Positions 1 through 12,792 of a stretch of 64,000 nucleotides of DNA are shown here, in pieces (the first letter of the stretch is position 1; each line of letters starts with the position of its first letter). The stretch spans positions 58,900,001-58,964,000 of the forward strand of contig OX597814.1 in assembly GCA_951406725.2 (NCBI GenBank), written 5' to 3'. The translations under genes were made by a program, and so were the position numbers. This DNA comes from Octopus vulgaris (taxonomy: Eukaryota). The notes under the pieces were generated by a model. That model had not been told where the DNA came from, did no database searches, and saw nothing but the letters and a program-made list of their open reading frames with translations.

Positions 1-150
1 AAATTGTCCGACGAACGGGAACATGAAACTCTGAGTAACAGCCTTTGTTATATTTCTGCTGCTTGTAAGTAAAGCATATTACTCTACCTCTGGTATTTGA
101 GTACTCTTTTTTCCACCTTGGTGACTTTTATGTGCTTACTCCGGTATATG
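1..150 (+). mobile_element. Penelope-like element 3' end / pseudo-LTR remnant
   Basis: TGTCCGACGAACGGGAAC..GAAACTC and CTCTACCTCTGGTATTTGA are shared with copies at 28,870-28,980 (minus) and ~33,911, which flank the Penelope RT at 30.6-32.6 kb. Confidence 0.5.
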
Positions 151-239
151 TATATATCTGTCTATAGAGTGTTTTTGATAATGCTACGCTAGCAAATTAT
201 GGAACTTCACACATATATGTCAGTATTAATGTTATATTC

Positions 240-455
240 AGGGTGATGAGCTGGTAAATTCAGTACCGCGCCGGACACAAAGCTTCACGACATTTCTTCA
301 CATATTACAGTCCGAGTTCAAATACTACTGGGGCATTTCATTCGTTGCCTTTCATTCTTCCGAGATCGATACTATAAGTAGCAGTTGAACACTGTGGTAG
401 ATATAATCCACTAGCCCTGTCTCTCCTATTTGCTAGCCGTGTGCCAAACTTTTAA
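240..455 (+). mobile_element. tRNA-derived SINE family A (GGCGGCGAGCTGGCAGAA..GAGTTCAAAT..GATAAATTAAGTACCAG), degenerate copy
   Basis: B-box GAGTTCAAAT and family consensus. Other copies at ~8,400-8,590, 10,758-10,945, 11,265-11,400, 25,990-26,185, 26,345-26,520(-), 27,385-27,590(-), 43,795-44,010, 45,240-45,630, 49,903-50,100. Confidence 0.7.
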
Positions 456-549
456 ATCGATATTAATATTATGTCCACTTTTGCATCACATCCACTTAAA
501 TTCACGGAAAATTCTGCACACACTCTCCACTTAAATTATTCGGCGTCGA

Positions 550-1070
550 TCTACTTCCGTTGCTAAATTTCTTGGCTTGCAATTTGTTAGTCGTAAAAAC
601 TAGAAGCTCTAAGGGATTGTTCGAATTTGGAGTGATGATTGGAGAACCTGTATAACACAATAACACAGATGTGGTTATCATGACTTTGGAATCAGGATAA
701 CCGTGTATGTACGGATAGGATGCACTGTAAGCTTAGACCTTATACATGTGCACCAATTTACATTTATTACTACACACACGCGAGCACACACGCACATACA
801 TATAAATATAAAATGGGGGTTTTATGAGCATGTGCCTAAACAATTTCGTAAATAGAACTTTGGACAGTTCTCTTTCATTAACCATATTCGTATGTGCTTA
901 TCTTTGTAAATGTATTTGAATGAAATTATTACAAATGTATATAACTGTATGCAGGTTTTCTTACTGTGTTATCATGCACGTGTATATTTGTAGTGCTATT
1001 TAGGTCCCATTGTATGTCAGAGATTTAGCGAAGATCTATAGAAAGTTTTTCGAGGATAGTTCAATTGCAG
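550..1070 (-). pseudogene. iGluR-like module 13 (partial)
   Basis: YPRKTF, FKYIY..EYG..IYEIV*AHA (S1), SYPY..TVILIPKS, CKPRNLATEV (cf. PRSLSTRI). Confidence 0.5.
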
Positions 1071-1079
1071 TATTGTGCA

Positions 1080-2490
1080 ATAGAGTGGTAGTGAACCTAT
1101 GCTCCACCCTAAGTCTCACGGTACAACACAGACGTTCAATGGATGAAATCAGGGATGTTTACTTCAATTATTGGCGAGTAGCCGAAGACGAACGTCCTTT
1201 GATAAAATCCGCATCACTGTATTGCACTTCGTAAACACCCTCTGTGCATGTGTAGTCTAGTAACGTCGGCAAGAAGCTGCTGTTTGGTGGATTATTTATT
1301 ACAAACAATTGCACGAGTGCATCTGCATACATAAGCATCTTGGAATCTATAGCTATTTGAATGCAAGCAGATGATGTATTTAGTTTAAGAAGAATCTGTT
1401 AAAAATTATTTTGCTAGAATTCCTATTGGTTTGCCTATTGCTTTCATTCTCCTTGCTTTCTTTCTTTCATTTTAATTCCATTTAAATTCCATTTAAATTG
1501 TAAACAAACTGGAGATTCTAAAGCGATTATATAATTTGCTAAACTTAATATTCTTCTTTAAAGTGGGTCATTTCTAACAAAAGCTGATTGTGATAATACT
1601 ACATGTGTTTTTTCTCAGCTCCAATTTTGTCTGAGAAGAGACGCATTATATATTATGTTTATTGAGATGCATGATTTAGTAACATTTTATTAATCAATCA
1701 CGTAACAATGACTGTTAGAGTGAACGTCAGGTTCGATATTACCACAAAGAGCATATTGCAGTTACCGTATTGCAGAAAGGTAACTCCTGACAATTTATTA
1801 TCTAAGATAATATAAGATATTTTGTATCAATAATTGTAATTTTAATTGCCGAGACTATCCAGTACATTTGAAAAAGTAACAAAATGTGACGACATTCACG
1901 TATCCAACCGCCATAATATTCGTCTTTCCTTTGTCCGATAGAAGGGAATAAACTAGCAGTTATAAACATATATATACAAGCAAACCTCAACGCTGAAACC
2001 TACTACAATCTAAACCTAGTACAACTATAGACATAAACAGCTCATCAATGTTATAACGATTCTCAGGTTTCTGTTCTGACAAAACCTGTGGTGGCCAATT
2101 ATAGCGCATTTGTATTTATTGCAGACCTTAATTTACCACTTCCCAGATCGTAAAATTAGTGTTTTTAAACCCTTCTATGCAATTAGTATATACGTAAATG
2201 ACAAACATTACTTTTATGAAATCAAATTCTTTAACTAGCAATAGATTACTCGTTGAATTTAGTGAAATCGCGTATAAATAAATATTTGCATCCAAGTGTT
2301 TAAGATGGCCACAGCTCCGTAAATGGCAGATCAAACATATTTAACATTTACTGGAACTCAATATTTAGATTTTACGAAATCAAATACATTTATCCGGTAG
2401 AACTTGCGGCCGCCACCCTGAATCACATTTCAGTCAGAGGTGAGTGAGCAAAAATGTGATAAGGAAAGCAAACCAATAATTTTCAGATTA
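1080..2490 (-). pseudogene. iGluR-like ATD of unit 7
   Basis: NLKIIGLL, YGAVAIL (cf. GVVAIFG), RYNW, RECRHILLL..TKYLIL, MLMYADAL..DYTC (cf. ALMYDAV..LSC), GWSIGS; acceptor-like TTTTTAACAG at 1,405-1,396. Confidence 0.55.
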
Positions 2491-2616
2491 TTCGATTTTA
2501 AGTTGATAACGTCAGCATTAAAAAATGCTACTCAAAGTTTTGAAAATATTTCTGTTGGCACATATCCATTCCGTTACAAAAACTCTTCTCTGTATAGATT
2601 TTCATTGTAACTAATA

Positions 2617-4440
2617 CTACTCTTCGTCTTCAGAACACAGTAGATATGTTTTAATCTGTGTCAAAATTGCGCCAATGCCAATTTTGCTTTTACATGTCGA
2701 ACTTTTTCTTAGATTATCTCCAGAATTAAAGCTTCCTGGAATACATGAGTCACCAAAAAGTTTTTCGACTATCGTCAATTCACAAACGTTATAATTTCTT
2801 ACCAATCTCTGCATCATCCAGCTACATACACTTCGCATATATAAATTCCAGAATGAAATCGTAAAGAACTAAAATTATAGGTACGGTGAAAAGGTTTTAT
2901 AGGCCAATCTCCACGATTGATTTGGGGATATCCATTAATCGAGAGAGAACTAAGAACATAATGTCCGTGAATATAATATAACACCTCAACGTGACAAAGA
3001 ATGCACAGTATTGGGGATTTTTGCCACAAACACCATCAACTTCTGAAAATATTGGGTTAGTGCATAATTATTTCGGCTTTTTTCAACAACTTTTATTTAA
3101 CAAAAACAGTAACAACGTGTAACAAAAACATCTTTAAATGGTTATTTCGCGGCATATTCACCATCTACTTCAATTACTGCTTCCGATTTGCTTAACAGAC
3201 GGTCAGACCGTCATTTAAAGATATTTATGTTAAATATGATTTGTTGAAAAAACGCCGCAATAATTAAGCACCAACCCAATATAATAGTTCATTTTTTAGA
3301 GGTTAAAACAAATCGATTTACGTATTATTAAATATTATTTAATGTCCTCTCTTCAAACACAGGATAATTATATACAGCGTATTCTGAAGTGGTAAGAAAT
3401 GATTTTACCCATATAAATATTAACAAATATTTTGAGGCAAAATTGTACAAAAAATTTAATGCTAACAATTGTGTTACAATGCTACTGGTATCTCCATTTT
3501 CTCCCACCCTCTCCTTCACTGCTAATTAAATTGATAAAGTCTATTGTTGAAAGTAATGTAATGACATCCATAGAAATCATAAAAGACAACATTTATATAA
3601 AAGTAAAGAGTAGCAGAATCGTGGTTATATATGCAGACACAATTGTAATCTACATAGATATATTCATTCCTGTAGCCAAAAATATCGTAGAGTAAGAAAA
3701 CAAAGGCTCTAATGAAATCAATACTACAATACACTTAATAACATTGTAAATAAGATAAATATAATCCATTATGTAACTATATTCTGATATCTGAACATGA
3801 AGACGATAATGGAAAACAAAGCTGTCTTTACAATATTACAACAAATAATGATATAAATGAACGCAATGCATATAAAATGCATGATCAAAAAGCTGGAGTA
3901 AGATTTATTTATTCTCTCAAAGAGGAAAACCTGTATGGAAGCTTAACTATTGCGGAAAAGAGAATTATAGGAAAACACAAAATAGATCACAATAATATGA
4001 TAATAGATAAGTATGATGTGACAAAATAATAATAAATGGAAGTAATGATGTAGGTTTATGAAATTATGTTAAGTATATGTGTGTGTGTGAGTTTTTGCGT
4101 GTGTTCGTGTGTGTGTGTATGAATGGGTGTGTGCGTGTGTGTGAGTGGATACATATATTTCATTACATGTGTAAGAATGAAAATAGTTACGTGATGTGAA
4201 CATTCATCATTATAAATCACATGAATATGAACGAAGTTGCAATATTTTCTTCAGTTAAATACTACGTCTTACCAACTCTAGCAATTGTAAACTACATTTT
4301 GTTAATCCTTTGGCTATCATCTCAACCCTAAACAACTCCGTATGTACGTTAGATTATGATGATACGTTAATAATGAAATCATATTTAACAAAAGCACACT
4401 CTCTGATAATCTGAACGAAGCAACCACAAATTATTTTTTT
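2617..4440 (-). pseudogene. iGluR-like module 12
   Basis: ICGCFVQIIRE..TYG..LLELVRR (S1a), ISEYSYIMDY..SM*ITIVSAYITTILLLF (S1b/M1), TLLSTIDF..EGEG (M2), FCLKIFVNIYMGK/SFLTT (M3), VDGVCG..AFF..PKSIVEIGL, CELTIVEKLFGDS..GDNLRK (S2). Confidence 0.7.
3050..3281. mobile_element. Tc1/mariner-type MITE with ~40 bp terminal inverted repeats and TA target duplication
   Basis: Left TA-TTGGGTTAGTGCATAATTATTTCGGC..TTTTCAACAA vs right TTGTTGAAAAAACGCCGCAATAATTAAGCACCAACCCAA-TA. Confidence 0.85.
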
Positions 4441-4944
4441 AATTTGCCTTTTAAATTGTCCTCTGGTGAACCTCGATCAGGCAGATCGAATTCGTATCTA
4501 ACACAATCTCTCCGCATCAATTAAAATTTCTATTCTCCTCTATTCATAACATTTCTCCTTAGAGATACGTTATGAATGCTTCAAAGACTATGTTTCATGG
4601 CAACATCGTCAGCTCAGTTATGAATTTATCATATTGAATGCTTTTCCTCTTCAGAACAAGAAAAGGTTTGGACCACAGCAACAGCTAACGCTCTAGGAAG
4701 AGCAGTGAAATTCACAGTGATATACCACTGCTAGTATATCTGGAGCGCGTACGAAAACTACTATTTCATTGACGGGCAATTGGTTCCTGGCCAACACACT
4801 ACAAAATGTGGCTCACACTCGTATTTTCTCTTCTGGATTTTCTAACGTCACTGGTACGATTTCTGCTACTGTGGTCTATGACACTTCTTTATATTTTTTG
4901 GTGGAGTTACGTTGTGCCTTTATTTCAGTCTCCCACGCACACGC

Positions 4945-5010
<66 letters not shown>

Positions 5011-5064
5011 TGCATATGTGGAAAATCAGCGTGATTTTGTGGCGTTATTAGCTAATTTGATTTT

Positions 5065-5420
5065 GATGAAACTTGACACGTGAGTAGAACTCATGCCTGG
5101 AAATCTCGTGACATAGATTGTTGAAAAATTCGATGATACGGCCCCCTGAAAGGGACCTTTATATCTACGTCATATAACTCATAGAATCTGTAAAATATTT
5201 TTAAACACTCAAGGAAAATAATCTATTTCATTGTTTATGTTCGATTACTTTGAATATTGATTTTTTGTGTGTCTATTTCTAATTTTTGCAGACAAAATAA
5301 AATTTAATACTTTGTTCGACACATGAGTAGACCTCGTGTCTGGAAAGATCGTGACATACATAGATTATTGAAAATATCGATAATAGGGCCCTTCTAATGG
5401 ATCCTTCTATCTACTATATA
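5065..5420. repeat. Two diverged ~110 bp direct repeats, probably a non-autonomous transposon remnant
   Basis: GACACGTGAGTAGAACTCATGCCTGGAAA..GTGACATAGATTGTTGAAAA (5,076) vs GACACATGAGTAGACCTCGTGTCTGGAAA..GTGACATA..GATTATTGAAAA (5,318). Confidence 0.6.
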
Positions 5421-5855
5421 TTAGTAATAATTTATTTAAACAACCCAAGGGAAAAGAAATTTCCCTGCGGATTTAACGAAGAAGGAGGGCGTATGTTTTC
5501 GACGAGTGATAAAATAGTTGGGAATACTTGATGTGGTAATTAATGAATGTGGCCATGTACATTTACGTTCCTCACAGGTATACCATGTTTTTCTTGTCAT
5601 TTCCGCTGTTGTAGTTGTTAGCAAAGGCTATTCTATAGAGAACAAAAATTTGTTCACATATATAAATACAGAAACTCGATGCAGGGCGAGCGTACAGTAT
5701 GAGAGACCTTCAAAGGGAGAACTCCCATCCGATTGTTCATATATATATATATATATATAACATAAGGGACTAAAGCCATCTGAATATGGCTAGGGACAGG
5801 GCAGGGTGGTGGGGGTGTTACTGTTGCATTTAGAGAGAGAGAGAGAGAGAGAGAA

Positions 5856-5886
<31 letters not shown>

Positions 5887-5917
5887 GTGAGAAGAAGAGA
5901 ACGGGAGAGAAAGAGCA

Positions 5918-5946
5918 GATAGATAGATAGATAGATAGATAGATAT

Positions 5947-6003
<57 letters not shown>

Positions 6004-6004
6004 C

Positions 6005-6084
<80 letters not shown>
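5918..6084. repeat. (GATA)n microsatellite; similar arrays at 12,580-12,815, 20,320-20,445, 28,120-28,205
   Basis: Direct reading. Confidence 0.95.
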
Positions 6085-6085
<1 letters not shown>

Positions 6086-7059
6086 CCATATCTGGAAATA
6101 ATTTGTATTGTATTAAAGAAAGAACGTCTTTCACATCTAAATAAAGAAGCGAAATAATTATCAGTTCATAAAAACATATAGTGAGTTGAAGCAGAAGAAC
6201 TGGACATATAGGAAGACAATTGTCTTTTCATATAGCATTCTGGATTGTAAATTGCATTTATATGCATTTAAATATTAATGCAATACTTTTTTATCTTGCT
6301 TATTCAGAAACGTATATGATACAAGATTAATATAAATATATGAAAATGTTCACCGAAGAATTTAGAAAGTGAAACTTCCAAAGGAAAAGAGATAGAGAAA
6401 ATATATTTAAGTGTTGCATAATTTGTAGCAATAATTTGGGCAATAAGGAATGTAATTAGAAACTGTACTGTGCTGTAAAATCGTAACAAAGTTGTAGCAT
6501 CATAAAGTGAAAATCTGATGCTTAAAGATTGATCTGCGTGATCACTAAGAGGAGAGATTATTACAGAGACTTAATGTCCAAGGGTGCCACCTCTCGCTAA
6601 TTTTCTATTCGTCTTACTGATTAAATAGTCTTATAGATTTTGCCTTTCTTTTCTTCTAGCATACCTATGTGTACACCAAGTTCTGGTATAAATGTATGCA
6701 TGAATTTGCTTCAATATAATTTTAGCATAAACTACTTCTCATGTGTCTCCAAAATGTAAATGCTTAGGTCATGAGAGCTTAACTGTTAACACCACTGAAG
6801 AAAACTTACATATTTTCGGGGAATCATGTGAAATACTTATTTCCATATTTCAATAAAACCAGGCAAAATATTGGTTTCAAACTTTGGTGTTATGCAATCA
6901 ATTTTGGGGGAGGGTGTTAGTCGATTAAATCGACCCTAGTGTTCCATATATACATCATAGAATATAGCACATTCAAAATTGTACATTGTGATTTCAATTT
7001 TTTTTTACCTCCTTAACAAATATTTAAATAGCAAGCAGATGAGAGAAAAATACATCGTA

Positions 7060-8300
7060 CATATCAAAGATATCCGCTGTCCTGCTTCTTTGCACTTCAC
7101 AAGAATTCAATAAAATATAGCGTTACAAATTGCAACAGAAAGCTGATATGTTTGTGATGGTTTGACTACAAAAGCTATTGACGCGTGTTTCAGCAGCTCA
7201 GGGTACCTCATTGCAGGGATGATGTGAAGGTTCCCGCAGAATTTGGTAAAATAATGCAAGCGATATTTTTGTGGCATGAAAACAACATTTGGGACATAGT
7301 GTAGGGTAACAAATTGAAATTTATACTTCAACAAAAGCGTAGCAGAAGATATACCTGTTGTTCTTTTAAAAAAATCTTAAAATATCATAAAACAGTATAT
7401 ATTTGTTTCATTTAGGGGTTCTCTTTAAGATAATATATACCAACAGTTATATACTTTGGCTTTAAAGTATTTGAAATAGTTTGCCTTCAAAGTATATGAA
7501 ATAGTTTGGCTGCAAAGAATTTACAGATTGTGATTTCAGATCTTGTAATGAAGAATTCAGTAATTTATGCTACTAAACATTGCATGATTTTCTAAACAGA
7601 AAAATTGTAATAGCAAATTGTTGTCAAATTTTCCTTCCAAAAATAAGCAAAATAAAATCCAAACAGATTTCACTCTTTGCTCATATAGTCATATCTGTGC
7701 TTCTAGTCGGACAGTATTGCGTGCAAGAAAGAAATCAGTCATTAGACCTACTAAATCAACTTGAAATCAAAGTGTGGACACGTTTATGTGATTGAGAATC
7801 AACAGCTATCAATTGGATGTATATTCATATAGTGTAGACATAGTGTACAAAAGAACGAATTGCAAAAGAAGTGAGAAAACTAATTGAATAATTTAAATAG
7901 TTATGTTATTTTGTCCAGTTTTGCGTCAAATAATATACCAACCTACAAAAACTCTGCTTTGCAAAGAATATTTCTATTAATCATCTGGATATTTTGTCAA
8001 TTCGATTGTAGAGGGAATAGGTATTGATTAAATAATTTCTAGCAAATTTAATTATATCTTGTCACTATATTGGTTAAATTTTAAAAAAATCTATTTCGTC
8101 ATTACATTAAATAATGTAACAGTAAACTAAATAGCGATGTTCAAGGTACATAGCATAATTTTAACTAAGTGTGTTACCTCGTATAAGGTTACCATGCTTG
8201 TATCACATCTAATCGTAGGGAAGTGTCAACTGACCCACATAACAAATATACAACTTTAAAACAGCATCTCTTGCACAAAGCAACCATATAAACATTTTAT
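7060..8300 (-). pseudogene. iGluR-like ATD of unit 6
   Basis: LVYYLTQNWTK, NL*ILCSQTISYTL, KYKFQFVTLH..LHYFTKFCGNL (ORF 7107..7334). Confidence 0.45.
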
Positions 8301-8349
8301 TGAATTAAAAAATTTTTTTTTCAATAGCAGCATATGAAAATACGTTAAT

Positions 8350-9050
8350 CGTCTCCCGATGAATTTTCTAACTATCTTGATATCATTTTCATTTTTTAAC
8401 ACAGGCCAACAATTTTAGGGAAGGTGATAGTCGATTACATCGACTGCAGTGCTTAAATGGTACTTAGTTTATCGACTAACGATTATCGTTAGCACGCCGT
8501 GCAAAAGGCTGAGCGGCATTTCATCAATCTTTACGTTCTGAGTTTAAATAACACCGGGTTCGACTTTGCCATTCAGGGTCGATAAAATGTGATTTTCTCA
8601 TGTTTACTTACTATTTAATTATTTCTTAGAGAGATAAAAAATTGAAATCACAGCGGTTAATTTTTAATGACCTATATAATATCTTGTATATATGTATGGG
8701 AAAGTAGTTATATGCATGGTGAATATTCCAATCTATCAACAGAGAGAGAGAGAGAGAGTGTGAGAGAGAAAATGGCAATAGATAAAGGACCAAGAAAATG
8801 GCGGAAAGAGATTGCGCTGTTATGCAACACCCGTTTGTCCAAATTGTTTGTCTGTTGCAGTAGAATTGGCTATTTAGTATAAAAAGGTTTTGAATTTTAA
8901 ATTTCGTTATCTCACATTGACAACTCGTCTGTAGTTTGACGAAGGCGGCAGACGAGATTTTTTTGTCCAGAACACACGAAGTTGCAACATTTACCATAAT
9001 TCATATTTATCCAATAGCCTATGAATCCATCTGGATACTTTCCTCTATTG
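8350..9050 (-). pseudogene. iGluR-like module 10 (M1-M3 apparently deleted)
   Basis: DGFIGYWIN..YG, EI*NSKPFYTK*PILL..FRHFLGPLSIAIF, then INRCDF and LKNENDIKIVRKF (S2 end). Confidence 0.6.
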
Positions 9051-9230
9051 CAATTTTATCGATCTTTGAAGGGTGAAAAAGTGCAGTTGACCAAACTGGA
9101 ATTTGAACTCATACAGCAAAGACTCCAGACGAACACTCATGTTCTATGAAACCATAAGGGTTCTCTTAATTTGGATCCACATATGCATGCTTACATGCAT
9201 GCATGCATGCGTACATGCATGCATGCATAC

Positions 9231-9268
<38 letters not shown>

Positions 9269-9339
9269 AGAGAGAGAGAAAGAGAGAGGGTCAGCCAAAA
9301 GTTACATTAGAGTAAATCAAAGTTCCATAAATAGTATTT

Positions 9340-9543
9340 GTAAATCTGTTTTGACTCGAATGGAAGAACTTCAGTTTGAACAATTTTGATGATGTTTCAT
9401 ATTTAGATGCTTTTATTAAATTCATTCAGTTGTTAAACACAAGTAAATCAGGTGACTTTTGGCGAAGTCTGTATATATATATATGTATATATATTTACGT
9501 ATATATATATATATATATATATGTATAGATGTATGTATGTATG

Positions 9544-9585
<42 letters not shown>

Positions 9586-10660
9586 TGATATATATATATA
9601 TATATATATATATGCATATATATATATACATATACATATATACACATACACACATACGTGTATTTGTAGAGAGAAAATGAAAGAGAAGAAGAAATGGAAA
9701 TGGAAGCGGGGAGAATTAGGGGAGATAGATACGTGTATCTTAGTATCCATGTGTATTCTTATATTATATTTTTACATTCCTATCAGGCTGCTTGTTATGT
9801 TCACCTCTGTAGCATGCTTGTTATTCTATTATCTAATCGAAGTCAGCTTAATGAAATTATATTCTAACCTATTTTCATAAATTACAACCACTTACTGCTT
9901 GATTTAGTATTCCTAAGATTGGTGGTGCAGAACACAATCAATATTTCCCATCATAGTAAAAGCGATTTAAAACAATATTTCTACAATTAAGAAATGAGGT
10001 GTAAGTCAGAAAAATATATTAAGGAATTGCAGTGGTGCGATATTCCGTTTCAACCAACGGAAAATTGATCCCAATAATAGTGTTAAGCCATTGCAATCCG
10101 AATAATTGTAAACATCATTGTTTAGAAGAGGACAAGAGCTCGGAGAAAGAAAATGCTGTAGCAACTATTAAATTCATGATGTGTAGCGGAAGTAATAAAG
10201 AAAAATAATAAGAGAAAGAAAAATCAATCATAAAGACAAAGTAATTTACGTGATGTAAAAATAAAAATGTTTTCCGATCTGAGAAGTGAAGTTTTGAATT
10301 GGAGAGGAAGAAAATAAAACAGCATTACTTAGTGTATATGAATGAGTTTTAAAATGAAATGTAAATTAAAAATATAGCAAATGTTGTAAGAATGATGTTT
10401 TTATATAAAAAAAAACAAAAAGAAATAATCGAACGACAAAGATGATAAAGAGATTGAAATAAGGAGAAAAAAGTAACTATTGAAATGTGAAATTATAATG
10501 TTGCTATCTGGTAGGAAGAATTCAGGAAATACAAAAAGTTTATGCCTCAAAATAATTGTATTATGTACAGACTTTGCTAGAAGCCTTTGTAAATGAACTT
10601 CGAAGTGATTTGTGTAAAATGTAGTTATGCATTGAATCTTCCCATTTCAGCACACTATAA
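9340..10660 (-). pseudogene. iGluR-like module 9
   Basis: NGKIQCITTFYTNHF, IYKGF*..INFLYFL (S1a), F*NSFIYT..TFLFLHHVNYFVFMI (S1b/M1), NDVYNYSDC..LLLGSIFR (M2), [15 protein letters not shown] (S2 end). Confidence 0.6.
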
Positions 10661-10959
10661 TCACAAATTGTACGCACTCAAAGTGTTCTTATTTTATCAA
10701 AGAAAATATGCTACAAAAATTTATCAAACTACGTATCATGATATATTTGATTTTTCTCAGGCGGCGAATTGGTAGAATTGCTCCCATGCCGGATAAGCTG
10801 CTTTGTAGCATTTCTTCCGTCTTTGCGTTGTAATTTGAAATAGCATCGATGTCGATTCAATAAAATGTGTACCGGTTCAGTAACAGAGTCGATGTAGTCA
10901 ATTTAGCCCCTCCTCTTTACTTGCTGTCCTTGTGCAAAATTTTGAAGCCAATATATTTG

Positions 10960-11855
10960 CCATCCGTGTGTCAATGTACGACTCTGCTTAACTGCTTCTT
11001 CATTGTGGTTTCTAATCTCAAACGAATGTATTTGAGTAGTGCAAATATGATGCGTAGAAAGAATTGCATATGAGAAGAAAATGTACTTGTACATTTCATA
11101 CGAATATGTAGATTCTACAGAAATATGCGAATCAATAACACTTAAATCAACATTGCAATACCTTGCTTAACTATATTCTCTTCAGATATAGATAGAGTCT
11201 ATTCCCATATATATGAATATATATCTATGTATATAAAACCCTAAGTATTATTACAATATGTTGCGCTGTGAGCTAGCTAAAACGTTAGCACGCTGAGTGA
11301 AATGCTTAGCGTTATTTCGTCTGTCTTTACGCACTGAGTTCAAATTCCGCCGATTGTTGACTTTGTTTCTCATCCTTTCGGGAGCGATAAATTAAGTACC
11401 AAATATTTCGGGTCTTCTGTTTCAGATAGAACCAGGGACTTGAAAAAATTTGCAACAGCTGTGGTTGGAGAAAGCTGTGGTTCCGACTTATGGTTGGTAA
11501 GTATCAAGTAGTGTATTCCGTTCGTGTACCCAGAAAAAAAACAACCTTATGAGTATTTAGCGACTAGGGGCTTGGCCAAAGCACGCGTTACGTTGAATTA
11601 TACGTTGTTGGTATAGTATTGGGTGTTCGACATAATTGGCCTCGGCAGACTTCAGCTACGTTCCTGCTGTATTCTTGAGATATTCTTTTGATTGTAAAAT
11701 TATTTTTCATCTCATTATTACGGATATTTGTAATGGAATACTGTTTCTTACCCATGTTTTAATATTGGTAAGAACCAGCTATAACGAGCTGAAAATGTTC
11801 CATCGTTTGTTATTGTTCCCTGTTATCATATATATATATATATATATATATGCAT

Positions 11856-11908
<53 letters not shown>

Positions 11909-12025
11909 GTATGTATGCATCTATATTATAATAACAAAGGATATAAACGTTAACAATTTTATCAGTGACCAGCATATACAAATAGACCTATTGAGGTGAA
12001 ATCACACACACATACACATACAGGC

Positions 12026-12084
<59 letters not shown>

Positions 12085-12328
12085 TAATGAAGGGCATAAT
12101 GAAGGTACAATTATAGCTTGTATGTTCAAGATACACGCTAAATCGCTCTAACCACTTTATGGACTACTTTTGATTAAACAGAGCTTTCTATATTGTTATG
12201 AATTTCCGTTTGCTTACTCAATCGATTTCGGTGTGTGTGAAATTCGTGATATTTTAAAAGTAGTTTTGTGATTTAGCGTCTATTTTCAGCATATAGGCTT
12301 GAAATTTTTCTATGCCTTTAATTATAAT

Positions 12329-12363
<35 letters not shown>

Positions 12364-12583
12364 CCAACATGGAGTCATTCACGATTGAAAGGCCAAAGGG
12401 AGACAACCCCCTGTGGTTGACAGACTAATGAAGTCTTTCGTCCACCATTTTCTAGAGAGGCCACTTGCTAGACAGGCAATAAGCCAACAGGTTTAGGATC
12501 TGACAATAAACTGTAAGGCTGATTGCTTTACGGACATGAAACCCAGATTAATCCTATAAACCGGCCTTATCTAACTTTGTCTG

Positions 12584-12632
<49 letters not shown>

Positions 12633-12646
12633 ATATATATATATAT

Positions 12647-12721
<75 letters not shown>

Positions 12722-12740
12722 CCTATCTAACTAACTGACC

Positions 12741-12792
<52 letters not shown>

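Larger units (their letters stand above)
4545..6780 (-). pseudogene. iGluR-like module 11
   Basis: SPLSDHADQSLSIRFS aligns without gaps to APLTITAEREKVIDFS; YIFS..FPLEV (pre-M1); QFTIQNAI* (M2); [10 protein letters not shown] (M3). S2: RNSTKKYKEV..PEEKIRV..VYHCEF..KSIQYDKFITELTML..KEKC. Confidence 0.7.

Noticed and set aside
1800-2160. Adhesion/secretin GPCR-like reading (RNLRIVITLMSCLCL)
   Set aside because: No seven-helix pattern. Other frames fit an iGluR ATD in the correct position between flanking motifs.
3640-6240. Stops at conserved Trp positions (SM*IT TAG in M1, NAI* TGA in M2; also DE*L at ~44,870) could be repaired to TGG by A-to-I editing, making the gene functional
   Set aside because: TGG to TAG/TGA is the commonest nonsense mutation. 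The region also has many frameshifts, deletions, stops at non-Trp sites and TE insertions that editing cannot fix.
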